Shown piece by piece: positions 1-14,800 of a stretch of 64,000 bases of DNA. Position 1 is the first letter of the stretch, and every line of letters begins with the position of its first letter. Both the position numbers and the translations under genes were made by a program. The stretch is taken from positions 4,218,001 through 4,282,000 of the forward strand of contig CM119378.1 in assembly GCA_051294905.1 (NCBI GenBank), written 5' to 3'. The notes under the pieces were generated by a model. That model worked only from the letters and a program-made list of their open reading frames with translations. It had not been told where the DNA came from and searched no databases. The DNA is from Botryllus schlosseri (taxonomy: Eukaryota).

Positions 1-637
1 AAATGGTCGTTCTTTCTAGTTCCAACTTCCGAAGACATGCGGCTTAAACTAGCGAAATATGGGCCTTCCAAAACAAGGCAATCTCAATTTCGGGTATTTT
101 ATGACGCTGTTTCTACCCTGACGTCGAACGTTAACACCAGGAATTGGCACGGCACATTACTATAAAAAATCTTTGATAATCCCGGTAAAATCTTGGGTTG
201 ACTCGGCGTACGGTACGAGTGGGAGTTGGCGTACTGGTAAGTTCATTGCCGTCGATGGGAGGTCCCGCTGCGACTATCGGCTGTAGCAAATGTCGTAGTT
301 TTATCTGCTCCCCGCCCACGTACGGGCGAACACAAGTGAAGTTAATGAAAAAGTCAAGGAAAAGACGCCTGAAAGACAGTTCGATTATAAGAGACCGTAC
401 TAGGTCGTTTCAGCATCCTAATATCCGTTCATATTACATCGCATACTGTGCATTATGTGTATTGAGCGGATAAAAGATTAACGGATTGAGTAGGCGACTG
501 TAGTTATCCCTCTACTAGCTAGATTACCGGACCACAATCTCGCATCCGACCTCGCCTACCGACACACGCCGCATTCATTTTCGCCGCTCCCTTTGTTTTT
601 AAATCCAGTGTGGATGCCTCTTATTTACATGCTAGGG

Positions 638-1442
638 CAGGGGCGGGCAACATACGGCCCGCGAAAGAATTTTGTCCGACCCGCGGACAGTTTTCCGTCT
701 TGCATGATAATGTGGCCCGCGGCCCCAGTCTTCCAAGATTCCCCACTACTTGCTTAGATACGTCAAATTTTAGTGACTGTATGTTATTATACACAACACA
801 TGTATGCGCAGCGAGCGAGGGTGGAGCTTGCGCGTAAGTTCGTTGAAGCGAGAAGACTAGCATTATCGGCGTTGACGATGTCATTTGTGGTAATCATGGT
901 GTTTGTCCACTACAATGGTCATTTACACCACGCCTCTATTTCTTATTTTTAATTTCGTAACCGTCGACTTGTAGTACTGCACACTTCTAGCCTTTTGTAA
1001 GACACCGCTTGTGCCAGGGGTCGCCAACTCAAACCGGGTCGAGGGCCGCATGAATTCAATATCGAGACAAAATAGGCCACACAGTTGAACAACCACGCTA
1101 TCTCGCCACCTACTAAACCCCAATGAATTGATATCTTGGTAAATTTGGGGTACCGGGATTATCGAACGCCTTGAAATCCATGTTAAGGATTGCACAGTGT
1201 GTTGATTGATCAGAGAGAAGCAGACATGGTGGTGCCTGTATGACAATGCTGTTCTCAAATCCACATTTCTTCGGCATTATTGACGAGAAATGGCTTCGAA
1301 GTTACACTGCTGTCTTTGATTTATTCCTTGTATATGCGGATAAATGGGCGAATAATGGATCAATTCAGCAATCCGGCCCGCCAAGTAGCCTACTTAATTT
1401 TGCTATATCCGGCCCGCCGACTGGAGAAGTTGCCCGCCCCTG
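638..1442. mobile_element. hAT MITE
   Basis: TIRs CAGGGGCGGGCAAC / GTTGCCCGCCCCTG with perfect TSD TGCTAGGG (630-637, 1443-1450). Confidence 0.85.
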
Positions 1443-1683
1443 TGCTAGGGCCTTGAACTCACATTTGCTCCCGGGCCAATTTCCAAATTTTTGATGACGT
1501 CGCGGGCCGCGCATCATCAAAACGGGGTAGGCTATTCAATTTCAATGTCTTCATAATTTTCAATCAATTTCAAATCATAATTTTAAATATTTGAATATAA
1601 TTGTAAGCCTGCTTGCTTTTGACGCGGGCCGCACAAGATGTTTTGCCACGCGCCCCGCGTGTTTCAGACCTCTGCTCTATTAT

Positions 1684-2078
1684 AGGCCTGTTACTGCAGA
1701 GCATGGACCGGAGCCGGATTGGATATCCGGCCGGATTTTTCAATTTTGGCCGGATCAGTACTTTTTCTGATACGGCCGGAGCTGGATCAGTACTTTTTTG
1801 ATAAGGCCAGAATCTTTATGGATAAGTATGATGTTTGTAACTAAATAACTACCAACCAACAACATTCAAGTAATCGCCAAGCCAGCGCGAAAATAAAGAG
1901 CCATATTTTTAAATTCACGAACCACCCAATGATATGTATATCATTGGGACCACCGCACCGTGTTGGGCCTGATTTCCGGCAGAACTTTTTCATTTTTGGC
2001 CGGAGCCGGACCAGAGAATTGGAAAACCGGATCGGAGCCGGACCACTGAATTTGTCGATCCGCTCCGCACTAAGACCT
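1684..2078. mobile_element. MITE with CCGGA subterminal repeats
   Basis: Multiple CCGGAGCCGGA/CCGGAT motifs at both ends, next to other MITEs. Confidence 0.5.
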
Positions 2079-2703
2079 GTACGTGTCTGATTAAAACAGT
2101 ATCTTTTCAGCATCCTCCTGTCTCTTCATTATGTCGCAATCTTGTGGTGTTTGATTTGATAAACATTTTTATAAAAGTTATAATTATGGTGATGATGAAC
2201 CGCTGGTAATAATCATGCGATAAAAATATCTAAATTCCGTATCATAGCCTACTTGTACAATGTACAGTACATGGCCAAAATATAATACCATACTTTTCGC
2301 CCAAATCCGATCGCAGGCCTACCGTACTGTGTCAATTCTTTAGCTGACGCTGACAGTGCCTCGTATCGCGATGATTAGAGAGCAATGTGGTGCATGTATC
2401 AAGAATCGAACCGAATCAAGATGAGCTCTCGAAGAAGCACTATTATGACCACGATCAGAAAGTAGGAACGATGTGCTTGGTGCTTGAACGAAAGGAGGGA
2501 AAGAACCCAAAGAAGTGCCATCATAATATTATTGTAGTCAATTTGCAAGATCACTTGTTCTGGATCTACAGTTGTTTGCGCTTACGCATTTCATTTGTTA
2601 ATCTTGATTTTAGTAATCATTTGTTATCAAGGTCTTTGAATAGTATCAGACAGAGAAAGCCTGCGGTTGCATGCTACATTTCGTTCTGTTCTATCGTCTA
2701 GTA

Positions 2704-3562
2704 CAGTGGTTCTCAACCTTTTTGTCTTCGCGGACCCCTTTTGGACCGTCACGGACCCCGCGGACCCCCGGAAGTTTTAGTTCAAATTTAGCTAAATAAT
2801 CGTGCAATCGTCATCTGTCCTGTGCAAATGATAACTGCAGCCTAGTGATAAACAGCAATAAAGTGACATTTTCTTGAAAACATCATCGTACTATTTATGT
2901 AGCAGCTGGGTTGACTTTTATTATTTTCAAAACGAATTCTGCAACTGCGTGTATTGAAATGCGCGGTCGTGTCTTGAAAATCCGCGCCTTCGATGTGATT
3001 TGAACGAGTGCCGAAAATCCATTTCCACAAAGATAGGTGGTGGCGAATGTAATAATAACTTGTAGCGCTTCCGACGACACATTTGGGTATGATCGCAACA
3101 AATATGGCGGCAAAATTGACAAACAATTTTTTTAATGAATGTATAACGTCAAAGATGGTCAATGGTCATTGTTATCTAGCAGCTCATCTTAAAGTTATTA
3201 TGGATAAAAGGTTATAGAAAATGGATGTTTATAAACATTTCGAAGTCACCGAGATTGACCTTACTAATCGAACCATTTGTTTTTTCCACAATCTTCAACA
3301 AAACCTCTCTAAACAGCAAAATATCTGTATCAGTAGGCTATTGGTCATTTAGCAACTAAAATCAGTCTGCACAGCAGAATATTTAATTTCAGACGGCCAT
3401 TCTGTTGATGCGAGTTCTACAGTTTTACTAGTAATGAAGCGAAACTGCCTCGCGATTTTCCTAATTAAAAAAAGACACTTTACATTATCAACTACGTTGT
3501 AAATTTGGAGGCTTCGCGGACCCCCTGAAAATGCTTCACGGACCCCCGGTTGAGAACCACTG
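2704..3562. mobile_element. hAT (Charlie/Buster-type) MITE
   Basis: TIRs CAGTGGTTCTCAACC / GGTTGAGAACCACTG, subterminal CGGACCCC repeats, perfect TSD GTCTAGTA. Confidence 0.9.
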
Positions 3563-4005
3563 GTCTAGTAAACTATTATGTGCCCATCGAGTGTCGCTAG
3601 AGATCCTCGTGCTAACTGTGCACGAAGGCACGTACTAGAACTAGGCTTGATTGAACTGGGGAAATATTTTGACTGGCTGCCGGACGTCTGCACGCACCTG
3701 AAAATTCCGAGACATAAATCAAGTAGTTTGTCAAGTATACCACCAATGAACTGGCAACAATATCTTTCGTCTCGCTTCGCACGACATTGATTATAACCTC
3801 AGTTATAAAATACCAGCTCATGCGAGCTGTGCACTGTGCAGTGCATAGATAGCGGTTTATATATGTAATTGGAACTGATGTATTTCATGTCTCTCGGACC
3901 GCTTATGAGGTGTAGATTTGTTGTGCTATACCTCTACTTCAGTGGTTCCCAACCTTTTTGTCTTCATTCCCCACTTCAGATTTATTCCGAGCCTTCATTT
4001 CCCAC

Positions 4006-5631
4006 CAGGACCGTAACAGCACTTCGTCAGCTCCACCAAAAAACGTTGATCTTGGGCCCCCACAGGGTGACAAACCTAACTTCTGGGGGGCAATGCCCCC
4101 CAGCCCCCCCCCTCAGCCTCGCTGAGCCTGTACGCTTTTTTCCCGCTACTTGTCAGCTACATTGGGTATTAGGGCTCTTCAAAAATGACTTTTTTCTCTC
4201 AAATCGTACTGGCTACTTGATAAAATTGTTAGATTACCTAATTTAAGCCTACACACCAAATTTGGTTCAATTCCATCCAGTAGCCGCATTGCTACAGGAG
4301 AAGAAAGTTTCTATATATTATATAAAAATAAATAATAAAAAATTTGAAAATTTTCTGTTCACCCCATGAAAGTGTTAGGTTGTCTATAGAAACGATGTTC
4401 ACCAAATTTGGTTCAATTTCAACCAGTAGCAGCGGAGTTATTGCCGTCGAAAAATTTGTATTATGAATAAAATAGTATTTACGGTGACCAATTCTTTAAT
4501 TATTTATTATAGTGGTGCTCACCGTAAATACTATTTCATTCAAATCCACATTTTTCGATGGCAATAACTCTGCTGGCACTGTTTGGAATTGAACCAAATT
4601 TGGTGAACAAAAACTTTTCACATTTTTGTTGCTTATTTTTATGTAATAAATATAAACTTTCTTCTCCTGTAGCAATGCGGCTACTGGTTGGAATTGAACC
4701 AAATTTTGTGTGTAGGCTTAAATTAGGTAACCTAAAAATTTTATCAAGTAGCCAGTACGATTTGAGAAAAAAAGACATTTTTGAAGATCCGTATTGGGTA
4801 TATTGTTTAGTGCATCGCCTTCTTTGGACTAAACGCGCGAAGCGCAAAAAAATTATATAGTTCGTTTTTGAATCGGTAAATATGATCGGGAATTGCTTAT
4901 ATTTTGTTATCAATTTTTTGTCCCCTCTCTGCTCATGTAATCAGATAGGTAGAGGTGAGTGAGGTGTGTTGGAAATGGTAGGACCCCTAAATAAGAACTA
5001 AACATTTTCAGGCGGACCCGTTGGTTATTGACTTCATTACATTATGCTATTTCGTGACCTCCTATATCTGCTTTGTGAAAAGATATGGAAATCGCCCAAA
5101 CTAAAAAGCACACACGATTTCAAATTGGTATTGCTATACTGGCAAATATTTTTTCCCCAACGGGATGGCATTTGCCTTGTGGGGTTCAGGTCGCCAGGAC
5201 AGGAACATTCGACGCCAGCCATTTAGCCGTCTATGGACAATCAAACATATCTGTATATTGTATATATATCGAAGTTTTCGGTCACCACAAGGCTATTACT
5301 TCTCGGCAAAGGTCTTCTCGCTGCTGATCGTTTTGGCACACTTCTCGGAGTTGCATGTTACATGGCCTTGGTGCGTCGTGGCGCAGTAGTGGCCGACGCC
5401 GAAGTCTCCATTTCTATAAATTCTACGTATTTTCGTGGGGGAAGGGTACCGAATAATAAGATATTCGGCAATATTAAAACGCGCACCCAGGGCGAAATTT
5501 TTTTGATAAAGTGGCATAAATTTCCAAAAAAATATTTGAATTTATGTTGATTCACAAAATAGTTTTGGGCCTCTTCGAGCTCGCCCCCCCCCCCCCATTG
5601 GGGGGTTTGGGGTGCAGCAGTTACGGTCCTG
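4006..5631. mobile_element. Nested non-autonomous TIR element
   Basis: TIRs CAGGACCGTAAC / GTTACGGTCCTG with imperfect TSD TTTCCCAC / CTCCCCAC. A second diverged copy lies at about 61500-62421. Confidence 0.8.
4170..4793. mobile_element. Palindromic (fold-back) MITE nested in the above
   Basis: Almost the whole element is an inverted repeat, with perfect TSD TTGGGTAT (4162-69, 4794-4801). Relatives lie at 19692-20119 and 45502-45905. Confidence 0.85.
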
Positions 5632-6144
5632 CTCCCCACTACCCACCACTTCTGTCATCACAGAGCAGCTATCTGCTGATTTGACTACACAAGACACACA
5701 ACCACACCAGTACGCAAGACAATCGCCTTTAACTGCAACATAATACGAATTGTGAACCGATACCAGTAACGCTCAAAATTTCGCGAAAGCGTCATTTCAC
5801 GTCAAACTAGACGTGCTGGATGCGTTTGTGACGCCATCATTGGCCATTCAGAGTTACAAATGAGGTTTTGTGAACAACACGCAATATCATTTTCGATACA
5901 TACATTCCAGAGCAGTTAACTGGTAACGGTAATTGCGCATGTGTCTCCGTGAATATGTAGACTGTCCCATGTATATAATTTTGAACAAATGCGTCTATTC
6001 CCCACCAGAAATCATTGAATTCCCCACCGTTTGAGAACCACTGCTCTACTTCGATGTACCCTATAATCGATAAACCCACGGCAGTAGTCAGAAAAAATAT
6101 GGAGGCAACATTTTCCGACGCAAATAGGAAAAGAAAGGACGTAG

Positions 6145-6463
6145 TTTATTTTTGTCCTTGATGTTTTTGCGGCATATACACCGACTCATGATACACGTAC
6201 ACAGAATCTGTGCACTGCATATGCATACCATGAGTGAATGATGTCCATATGCCGCTGGACAAGGAAGGTGCAGATATAGCCTTTTACGGCTTTCTAAGTC
6301 TTGCACCACCCCTCCATGCTATCCCAGTAATGCATGAGCGCCAAGCACGGAAGTCATGGATACCAGTGTTACTGATCAGGCCTTTGATCTGACCGGGCCG
6401 GGAATCGAACCCACGACCTACCGATCAAGAAGCCGGCCGCTTCACCATTACGCTATCTTGTCG
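6145..6463 (-). mobile_element. tRNA-derived SINE (tail type A)
   Basis: Head is nearly the same as the SINE at 56566-56821 (GTAGGTCGTGGGTTCGATTCCCGGCC) but the tail differs (TGCAAGACTTAGAAAGCC..TATATGCCGCAAAAACATCAAG). Confidence 0.75.
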
Positions 6464-8232
6464 ATAAATGAATAAATTTGGTCAGTAATAGTACTTGCAT
6501 GATGTCATGACAAATGTTACACTCGACTCGATAAAGAATCGAACTATATAAGGTATACTCGATTTGCTCTGCCCGATGCGATGACAACACTGTGGCTGCT
6601 GTCGCCATAGAGTTGTCGTAAGAAATGATTGAAATCCCGAATAAAATACTTAGTTTTACTCACGGTCCGTGTGGCTATAAAAGCAGGTGAAATGCATTTT
6701 GTAAATATATAACTGGGCTTGTTCTATTATGCACAGATGTCAACCTGCCACTGCCAGTGATGAGAATATATCAGCGATTTGTCTATATGCCGTATATGAA
6801 TGGGTTTATTAGCTGCTTTTGGCGCCAGGGAAGCAGGACAAATGCTCAGTTCTGGACCCTATGACCAAGTTAGAATTATTATACATTCAAAATCAAAATT
6901 ATCCATCCAAATTGCAGCATGATTGGAATATCAGGCTGCATTCTGAGTTCTGACCCCCGTTAAAAGTCACATGTTTAGCTCAGAAAGACCTGTAGGCAGT
7001 GCAGGTGACATGCTGTGTGCAATGCTGAGTGATTTTGTTAAAGTCGAAATTTTCATTAATTCGTCAATTTTGATATATTCATTCGTGGTCGATGGTCTGC
7101 CGAATGTCCTTCATAAATACATTGTCAAAATCCTGTGGTATTTCAACTTATACAAACAAACAAACAAACAAACAAACTGCACGAATGATCAAGTATTTGA
7201 CATTTACCTGATGCCGTCTTGGCATGAACTAGTGTGATGCAATAAGGCGTCCCCAGACGAAACGTGTACAAGTGTAACCTATAATGCATATCTAATATTC
7301 CGAGTCTATCGCATGCTGCTTTCACCGAAGACGTAAACTACACAGGAGTAAATGACAGGCTACATTTTATAGCCACTGAGAGATTTTATTACGAATGTGT
7401 AAGCCACGATTGTTCTCAACACGCCGCACACAGACACGAAGTATTTTATCTGAAGATAAACGATGATTATTGTCTCGCGTGGTTTTATGAACGTTATTCC
7501 GTGCGCGCGTTGCCAATCAACATTTAATGGCCCTTTCCCAATTATTTGGCATAGAATAGTGTGTTGCTATCTTTCAAGTTGATAACATGCCTGTGTTTCC
7601 GGTTTCCGTATACATGGTAAATTAGTCGTTCTAAATAGACTTTAGAAATATGCGTATGGCGTCAATGCGGTACGTTTATCGCATTTTGCTTTGGCGATGT
7701 TTTGTCCGTGTAAGTAGAGTTTAATGTAGATTTTGGTATAAGATAGGGTTTAATGCATTGTGTTTACAATCTCTCTTGGTACCATTGGCGTTACGTCGAG
7801 ATCGTAATGTTCTAGTCTAGCGCAGAAGAAGCAATGGGATCTTAACCTGTGTTCCACAAAATAACCTGTTACATTGTGATGCAGACGCCTGGAAATTAAG
7901 CTATCGCATCGCGTGACAGCGCGGCCGAGAAAGGCTCAGGTGCGATACCGCGATTACGTATCGCCGAATGTTTCTCAAACCTTTTTTCTCTTCGCTTATC
8001 CTAGCCAGGCAATTAATGTGCCGCGCGCGCGAGATATCGCGCACAAAAGACCGTCGCGGGACCGTTTGCCGGTGTCGACCGAAGCAATCAAAACCGGATA
8101 AAATTTGACGGACGCGTATAATCCTATGATCGTTCTCCGTTTGGTGCAATTACTGAAAGTTGTTGAGTTCGACTGCTAAGTTGGTCGTGGGGAATGAAAT
8201 CGGCAATAGTCGAATCGCACATTGTTGTAGTC

Positions 8233-8616
8233 TTGGACAACTCGATAACTCCAGTTGTCTTACTAGACTAATTATATAGCGAAATGCCGGTAATCAAATT
8301 CTAATCTAATTTGTGAAATGTTTTTATGCTATAATTTGATTTCTAATCTAATTTTTGGTTTTCCTGAAAATGCTAAAGGAGAAATGGATAGTGCAAAACG
8401 AGCCCATCGTGTTGTACAGATATTTTCCACACTCATGCTTATGAGAATGAGCTCTCATTTGAAATGAATTGAACTTGATTTTTGTTGCATTTATTTCGAA
8501 TTCGGAATTCAATTTCCAAATTTTGCGAATTCAGTAATTGTAATGTAATTTGGATAAAACTGTGTAGCTATAATTCTAATCTAATTTGGAAAAGCTGAAC
8601 ATTTTCTATTGTCCAC
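8233..8616. mobile_element. TIR repeat family with ATTAG/CTAAT arrays
   Basis: TTGGACAACT termini and internal (AATTAG/ATTAG)n. Copies lie at about 15076-15421 and 30207-30880. Confidence 0.65.
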
Positions 8617-11600
8617 ATATGCATTGTGGCAGGAAGTATGTCGCCGCGGTATTTTCTTGCTCTTTGTTCGCATATGGATCCTCAAAATGGCATCCGTTAG
8701 ATATCTAGAATGATTGAAATTCTTTCAGGTATATGTTTTTGGGAGGCTGTTTGCGATGATCAACCAAAATATTTAGAGTGGCGGAATGGTTTCGTGGAAC
8801 TCGCCCCTGACTACGTTCGTGGGTGTGAACTACGAAACCGCTGTTGCAGCTCTTTAAAGATTTCCCGTTCTCGTGAATGATTGCTGTATTCTTAATGAAT
8901 TGCCTCCTGCTTAATGATTAAAATGCTTCGTGAGAGCTGCCGAAATCTGTTCCGTCGTCACCCTCTTACGTCACCCTAACGATTACCGAAATCACTGACG
9001 TCGTACTGATCGCATTGTGATTGATGTCCAATTTGTCCTTGCTGCAATTATAGCTGGCATCGTATTCAGAGGAATAGGCGCTGCCGCGCTGCTACTATAA
9101 TATCTACTTTCCTTTTACTATCACTAAACATATGCGTATGCCTATAACAGTAGACATTAATCCATCACGATAGGTTGGCGGTAAGAACTAATATGTGCAA
9201 CGTTAAACGTTTTTGGTGTCACGTCGTCTTATATATCTTCAAATTGAGAAGACAGTTCATTCAGGATTTTACTCTTTTCTGGAATCATTTCCACTTGAAA
9301 CGCCTCCTTAAAAGCAGCCGACATATCACATAGTCTGCCACGGGCCAGACTCTTGAATACAGAATCGGCTATTAATTCTGGTAGGGTCTCATTGACATTC
9401 ATATATTTTTTTGTGATAAACAAACGAATCAAAACATATCATACGTGCCTTTCGTTATCTTTCGCATATAAAGCTGGTTGACTTTTGTCTATACTCTAAA
9501 ACAGACACCGTTGACTTTCAGGATGCCATAAACTTCATGAATTTAGAAACGCAGCGCACTTATAAGAAAAAACGTCATACACACAGCAAGGACACTCCAA
9601 AACTGACAGAGAAAAGTACCCGCAATATGCTGCGGAGTCGACTTTTGGGTATCATTTCATCAAGTTTGCGACCCATGGCGATTTGAAATTGATCGACAAC
9701 AGGTCACAATGATTCGACTTTTAATTGCAATGATTAGGTACTGAAATTGGACGCCCCTTCCACCATAAGAGTTATATCATGAACGAGAATTATAGTTTCG
9801 ATATTCGATACATTTTCCCGCCGTGGAAGATCTGAAACCTCTGTTGGCAATTGCGTGAAGTCGTGAGAACTCCAGTGTGGCCACAAAGTGAAATGAAATA
9901 ACTATAGTCGAAAAACTACCAAACATCTTTAATATTGTGTAGAACTTTGTGTTCGCGTAAAATATATTTGGACTTCCCACATTTTCTATACTTTTATGGT
10001 CTCACGAACATTCGAATACACGACTCGACCCCTAATACCCTATTCAGAATCGAATCACTTCGGTACTCGATTTTGTCTAGCCCTACACGCTACGCTTGCG
10101 AGTTGCACAGTCCTGAGTATCGAATTATCTCTGCGTTGGCCGTCTAGAGGTTTATACCCCGCCATTGTTGTCTGTGGCCGCGACCGTGACGAATATAACA
10201 TATAACAACGGGCGTGTGAACTAACTTCTCTGACGAGGTCCTTACACAATGCGAGAATTTCCAATGTCTAGAAAAGACTTGTTATGTTAAGGCAACACAA
10301 GCAAAACTAAAGAAGATTAGAAATGAAAAGGCAAGAAATCAACAATTATGTGAAGAACGTATCGTACTCGTAACATTTATTTATAACACAATTCTCCCTT
10401 AAATACCTTAAATAGTAACGACGCCAGTAAATCATGTAAGGTAAGAAGAGGTGCCGTGTTCCGGGTGAGTTTATCGCATTCTGCATCGAACATGCATTAC
10501 GTGTGGGCGACTTGGTAGTGTTTTGGGCCCTGCGAGCGTAGAAACGAGCAATTATGACGATATAATGCCCGAAGCAATGAGCCATAAAATGAAACGTGCA
10601 TGATAAGGCACGATAAAGAAATATCTCGGTTCGGCAATAATGCCGGGTTTCATTTCGGATGATATTTTACAGGCACACAACATTGTTACGTTATGTCAGT
10701 GGTTCTTAAACCAGAAGAGATGTAGTAGCCAATTTTAAACGGGGTGTTAGACTTGACGGGTTGCTGCTCATTCGTCCATCAGACTGTAGAATACTATCTG
10801 CGGATTAGTAATCTATAATCATTGTGCTCCAGCATCGTCTAGGTTTGGATATGAATGGTACTTCAAATTTCCGCAGACCGCCCAAATATCCTTCGAAGGT
10901 ACGTTGCCGAATGGAAAATAGAATGACGAATACAAAATGTTTAGAATCACTGATCTATGCTAAGTTTCGTTGACACTGCCGGCGTGTAGCGCATCGCGTT
11001 CGTTGCCGTACGGCCTGTCTCTTGTAGAGTAAGGAAACGACGAATATGATTCATTTCAGCATGTGAGTTCCTGTCCCAGACTCGTGGCATTGGGAGTTAC
11101 ACGCCAAACTGTGTATGCCTAATTGCCTATTCAGCAGCGTATATGGAGTAACATATGCACTACACTTTGAGTTGAATGTTACAAGGAAATGCAACCAAAG
11201 AGGACGCGAACCATTCGCACTTCACACCAACATTGGAGAATGTAAATTAGGAATTAGCAATAAGCATGCTACGCTGATTATTCAATCAGGCTTTCGTTTG
11301 TACATAATATGGCGCATTTGGTTTGAGGAATGCATTTGATACCCATCGTTCGCCTTGACATGAAATAGCACCGTGTACCACTAATACAGGAGAGGTAGGC
11401 TATTTGTAATCATTCTTCAGATCTATACAGTTTGCATATAACGCTGAGCATCCCAGGAATGCGGATGCTAGTTTACAGATAGGATGGAGTTTCCGCGCAC
11501 CTCGTCTACTACTTAATAGTCCTTGCATAATGTAACCTGTGTATATCCGGTCACATGATAATTTTCAGCCTGTGTGACGTCATATAAATCGCATGTTCTG

Positions 11601-11868
11601 TCGCAGTGGATGCGCGTTGCGCGCCAGCGTTATTGTAAGTATGATTTTTGGTGATAGCTGTACTCCATGTATTCTATTGGGCATGACAGTTAAAGTACTG
11701 CCGCTTTGCCGACTATTGCGATCTTTTCGGCTCATATTTCCAGAAATTATGCATTGTTGATCGACAACTTTGCTCAGCGCAGCTGTTTTTGGCGATACGT
11801 TGGATCTTTGTAGATAAATTAGTATCGCTATTACTGTTAGACGCTTCAGTTTTGACAGGGCTTTTTTC

Positions 11869-14800
11869 TCAAGTGTCGACGCCCACTTTAATTCTTCTCA
11901 GTTTAATGCGCAAATTGCGCGGCTTCATAGTTAAACCGTAACATATCGCGTCGGTTGGCGGGTTGTCGGGATCGGGCAGAAGTTCGCATTTATACAGAAT
12001 CGAAGCCATCGCGATTGTGATCCAAATTTTGGACAGCTCGTCGCCCGGACATTTGCGGCTGCCAGTCGAGAATATCATGTATCTGTTAACTTTGATCGGG
12101 TCCAGCTGACATCTCCCGCCAACGTATTTGAGAAATCGTTCCGGGTCGAAAGTGTATGGGTCTTCCCATACCGAATCGTCTCTGTTCGCGGAGTACTGGT
12201 TAATGAACACCAGCGTGTCCTTGGGGACTTTGTAGCCTTTCAGCACCGTGTTGGCCAGCGTCCGGTGCGGAATTGTTACGGCCACGAAACTGGAGTGACG
12301 CATCACTTCGTGAAACACCGCTTCCAGGTAAGGTAAGTTTTTGCGGTCGGATATATCCGGTAGACGTTCGTACCCGGTTACGTTGTACACGTCTTGCCGC
12401 ATGCGTTGTTGAACTTCGGGGAATCTGAAAAAGGGTGCATCTTATGAATACCTAAGCTACATATAGCATCTAAGGATTTTATTAACTGAAGAGAGCCAAC
12501 AACTACCAACGAAAAAAAAATTAGGAGCGACACAATATATAGCGGAGAAGACGCGTAATGAATAGTTCTCGTGGGATCAGCGATTTTGAGGTAGAAATTC
12601 CACTGCAGCATAAACACTCCACCATCTTACGTGAAAAGATACTATTATTCGTCCGAGTGACGAACAAGGACGCTTCCGATTGTCGTCGTGTTTTTCAGTA
12701 ATTCGTTTTCTTACGTCACTATGGGTAGAGGAGCGGTGTTACGCGGTTCGTTACGGTACTGACATCTGTCTATGCAACAAACTTCTGAGGATCAGCGGTT
12801 CTATTTTGGTAATTCCAAGATACGCGAGATAGGTAGGCGGCATTTCAACTTATCGCGTTGGTTACATACCTCGAGGGGCAGTGTCATAATGTTACTTGAA
12901 CCGCTTTGATCGTTAGCGAAAGCATACATTTGAAAGGTTAGCAACACTTTCTGATCTCTAGAGAACTTTCCTAAGTTCATAAGTGTACTAAACCTTGATA
13001 TAAATTTGTAAAAATATATCTGTAGGGTTGCGAAAGACGTACTGAGCTTGCCCTCGGTTGGCAGCAGTGACTCAACGATTTTGCTTACTGTAAGCTATTT
13101 TAGTAGGAATTATCTTGTTGCTTTGACAAGCAAACCGCACGTTTCCCTCATCTTCAAAAGCTGACAGAAGAAAACAAGCTCTGTTTTCAAAAGTTAGCCA
13201 AACTAGTAGCTCTAACGGACACGTTTCATTCGAATCCAAAAAAATAACCAAGCTGTAAAAGTAGGAGTTTGTAATCATCGCGAGGAAGGTGATTTGTCTA
13301 AAAGTTTATAGACGCATATTATGTTGATACATGAATTAAATACCGGCAAGATGCACTCGAAAGTGGTATCAGAGGTAGGAGAGGACTACTAGATTCTGAA
13401 TTTTATCTTATATATATAGGAAGCCACGTTCCAGTCGGTCCCACACTTTCCCAATTTAACGATGTTACAAGCAAATTATAAATTCAAATCATATGTTTGA
13501 TCACGTAAATGGGTGCTTATAACGCAGACGCGTTTTTTTGCATCGCGTGAAATACTTTCGTACGGGTTGTGTATGTGTTGTAGGCCATGGTTGTATATAA
13601 TGAGCATGAGCATCCATCGGCCAACACAGGGACCAGCAACATGTAAGAAATCAGTCATCTGAATCCGGCTTTTATGCGTTGAAGTCGTGGCCTACTTTCG
13701 ACAGCCAACGAAGGACATGGTAATCAGGATGATATCTACGTTCTTGACCTAACACGATATGCCAAATTGCGAACAACGATCGCCGAAACATGGTAAGATG
13801 TCAGGCTGAGAGCCGTCGGGTTCGTGGCGAAAATACTTGCAAGTTGCGTCATGCCGGGATACAACCTTAGTTTGAAACTGAAATGAACAGTCACGAATGT
13901 GCAGTTTGATCGTTACGACTCATCATCACGTCAAAACAGTAAGGAAGACGTGGTAAGTTCCATTATGTACTTTTTATGCGACCACAAAGAATATAATGCC
14001 AGAATTATACATCAAGTTGAAGAGTATTTGATATGTTTTCGTCCGTATACCTATGGCACTTTTTGACAATGCTGTGGGTTGATTGCAATCCACAGATATG
14101 TCGTTTTCAATAACGTGCGTAGCGTTGTACTCAGGATTGCAGTTAAAACAAAAATAAATTTAAAATAAACATGCTTAAAACAAGGTTTTTGTTTAAAACA
14201 TGTTTTTTTGCCATGACGTCACGAATAATCAATTGTGATGTCATAGTGGATTGACATTGGCGATTGAAAATGTAGGGTAAATATAGCTCCTTTGGCGAGA
14301 TATCTATACGTACTATAGCTGTTGAACCGATTATTTTGAGGGTTCCAACCATCCCATATCGTATACGTCGGCTCTATCGGGTGGTAATCGTCCGTATAGA
14401 CTCATGCAACATGTTTTTGGAAAGTCTTTACACAATTATGGCATAATTATACTATTTTTAAAAAAAAACATTTTATTTTTAAAAAGGCCTTTGTTTAAAA
14501 CACTGTTTAAAACATGTTTTAAACAAATCGTTTTATACAACTATTTGTTTTAAATGCAACCCTAGTTGTACTACATGTTTTCTATGATGCGACCCGACCA
14601 ATCGAGATTTACAGCCTTTATATACACAGCCTTTATTTACAGCCCCTCTTATAGTAACAAGGAGTGTATAATTTCAGTACTCAAATAAATCATCTGTCCG
14701 TACTCGCCTCGAATCATTAGAATTATTCCTCGTTTCAGATTCAATCATTGTGTACGGCTCTATTAGTTACGAGTTACGGATATTGAAGAAGTCTCACCTT

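Larger units (their letters stand above)
3940..6043. mobile_element. hAT MITE hosting two nested elements
   Basis: TIRs CAGTGGTTCCCAAC / TTTGAGAACCACTG with perfect TSD CTCTACTT (3932-39, 6044-51). Confidence 0.85.

Noticed and set aside
131..319. 62-aa minus-strand ORF ending RRVNPRFYRDYQRFFIVMCRANSWC, superficially like a peptide precursor
   Set aside because: No ATG or signal peptide, no recognisable family, and no upstream exon found.
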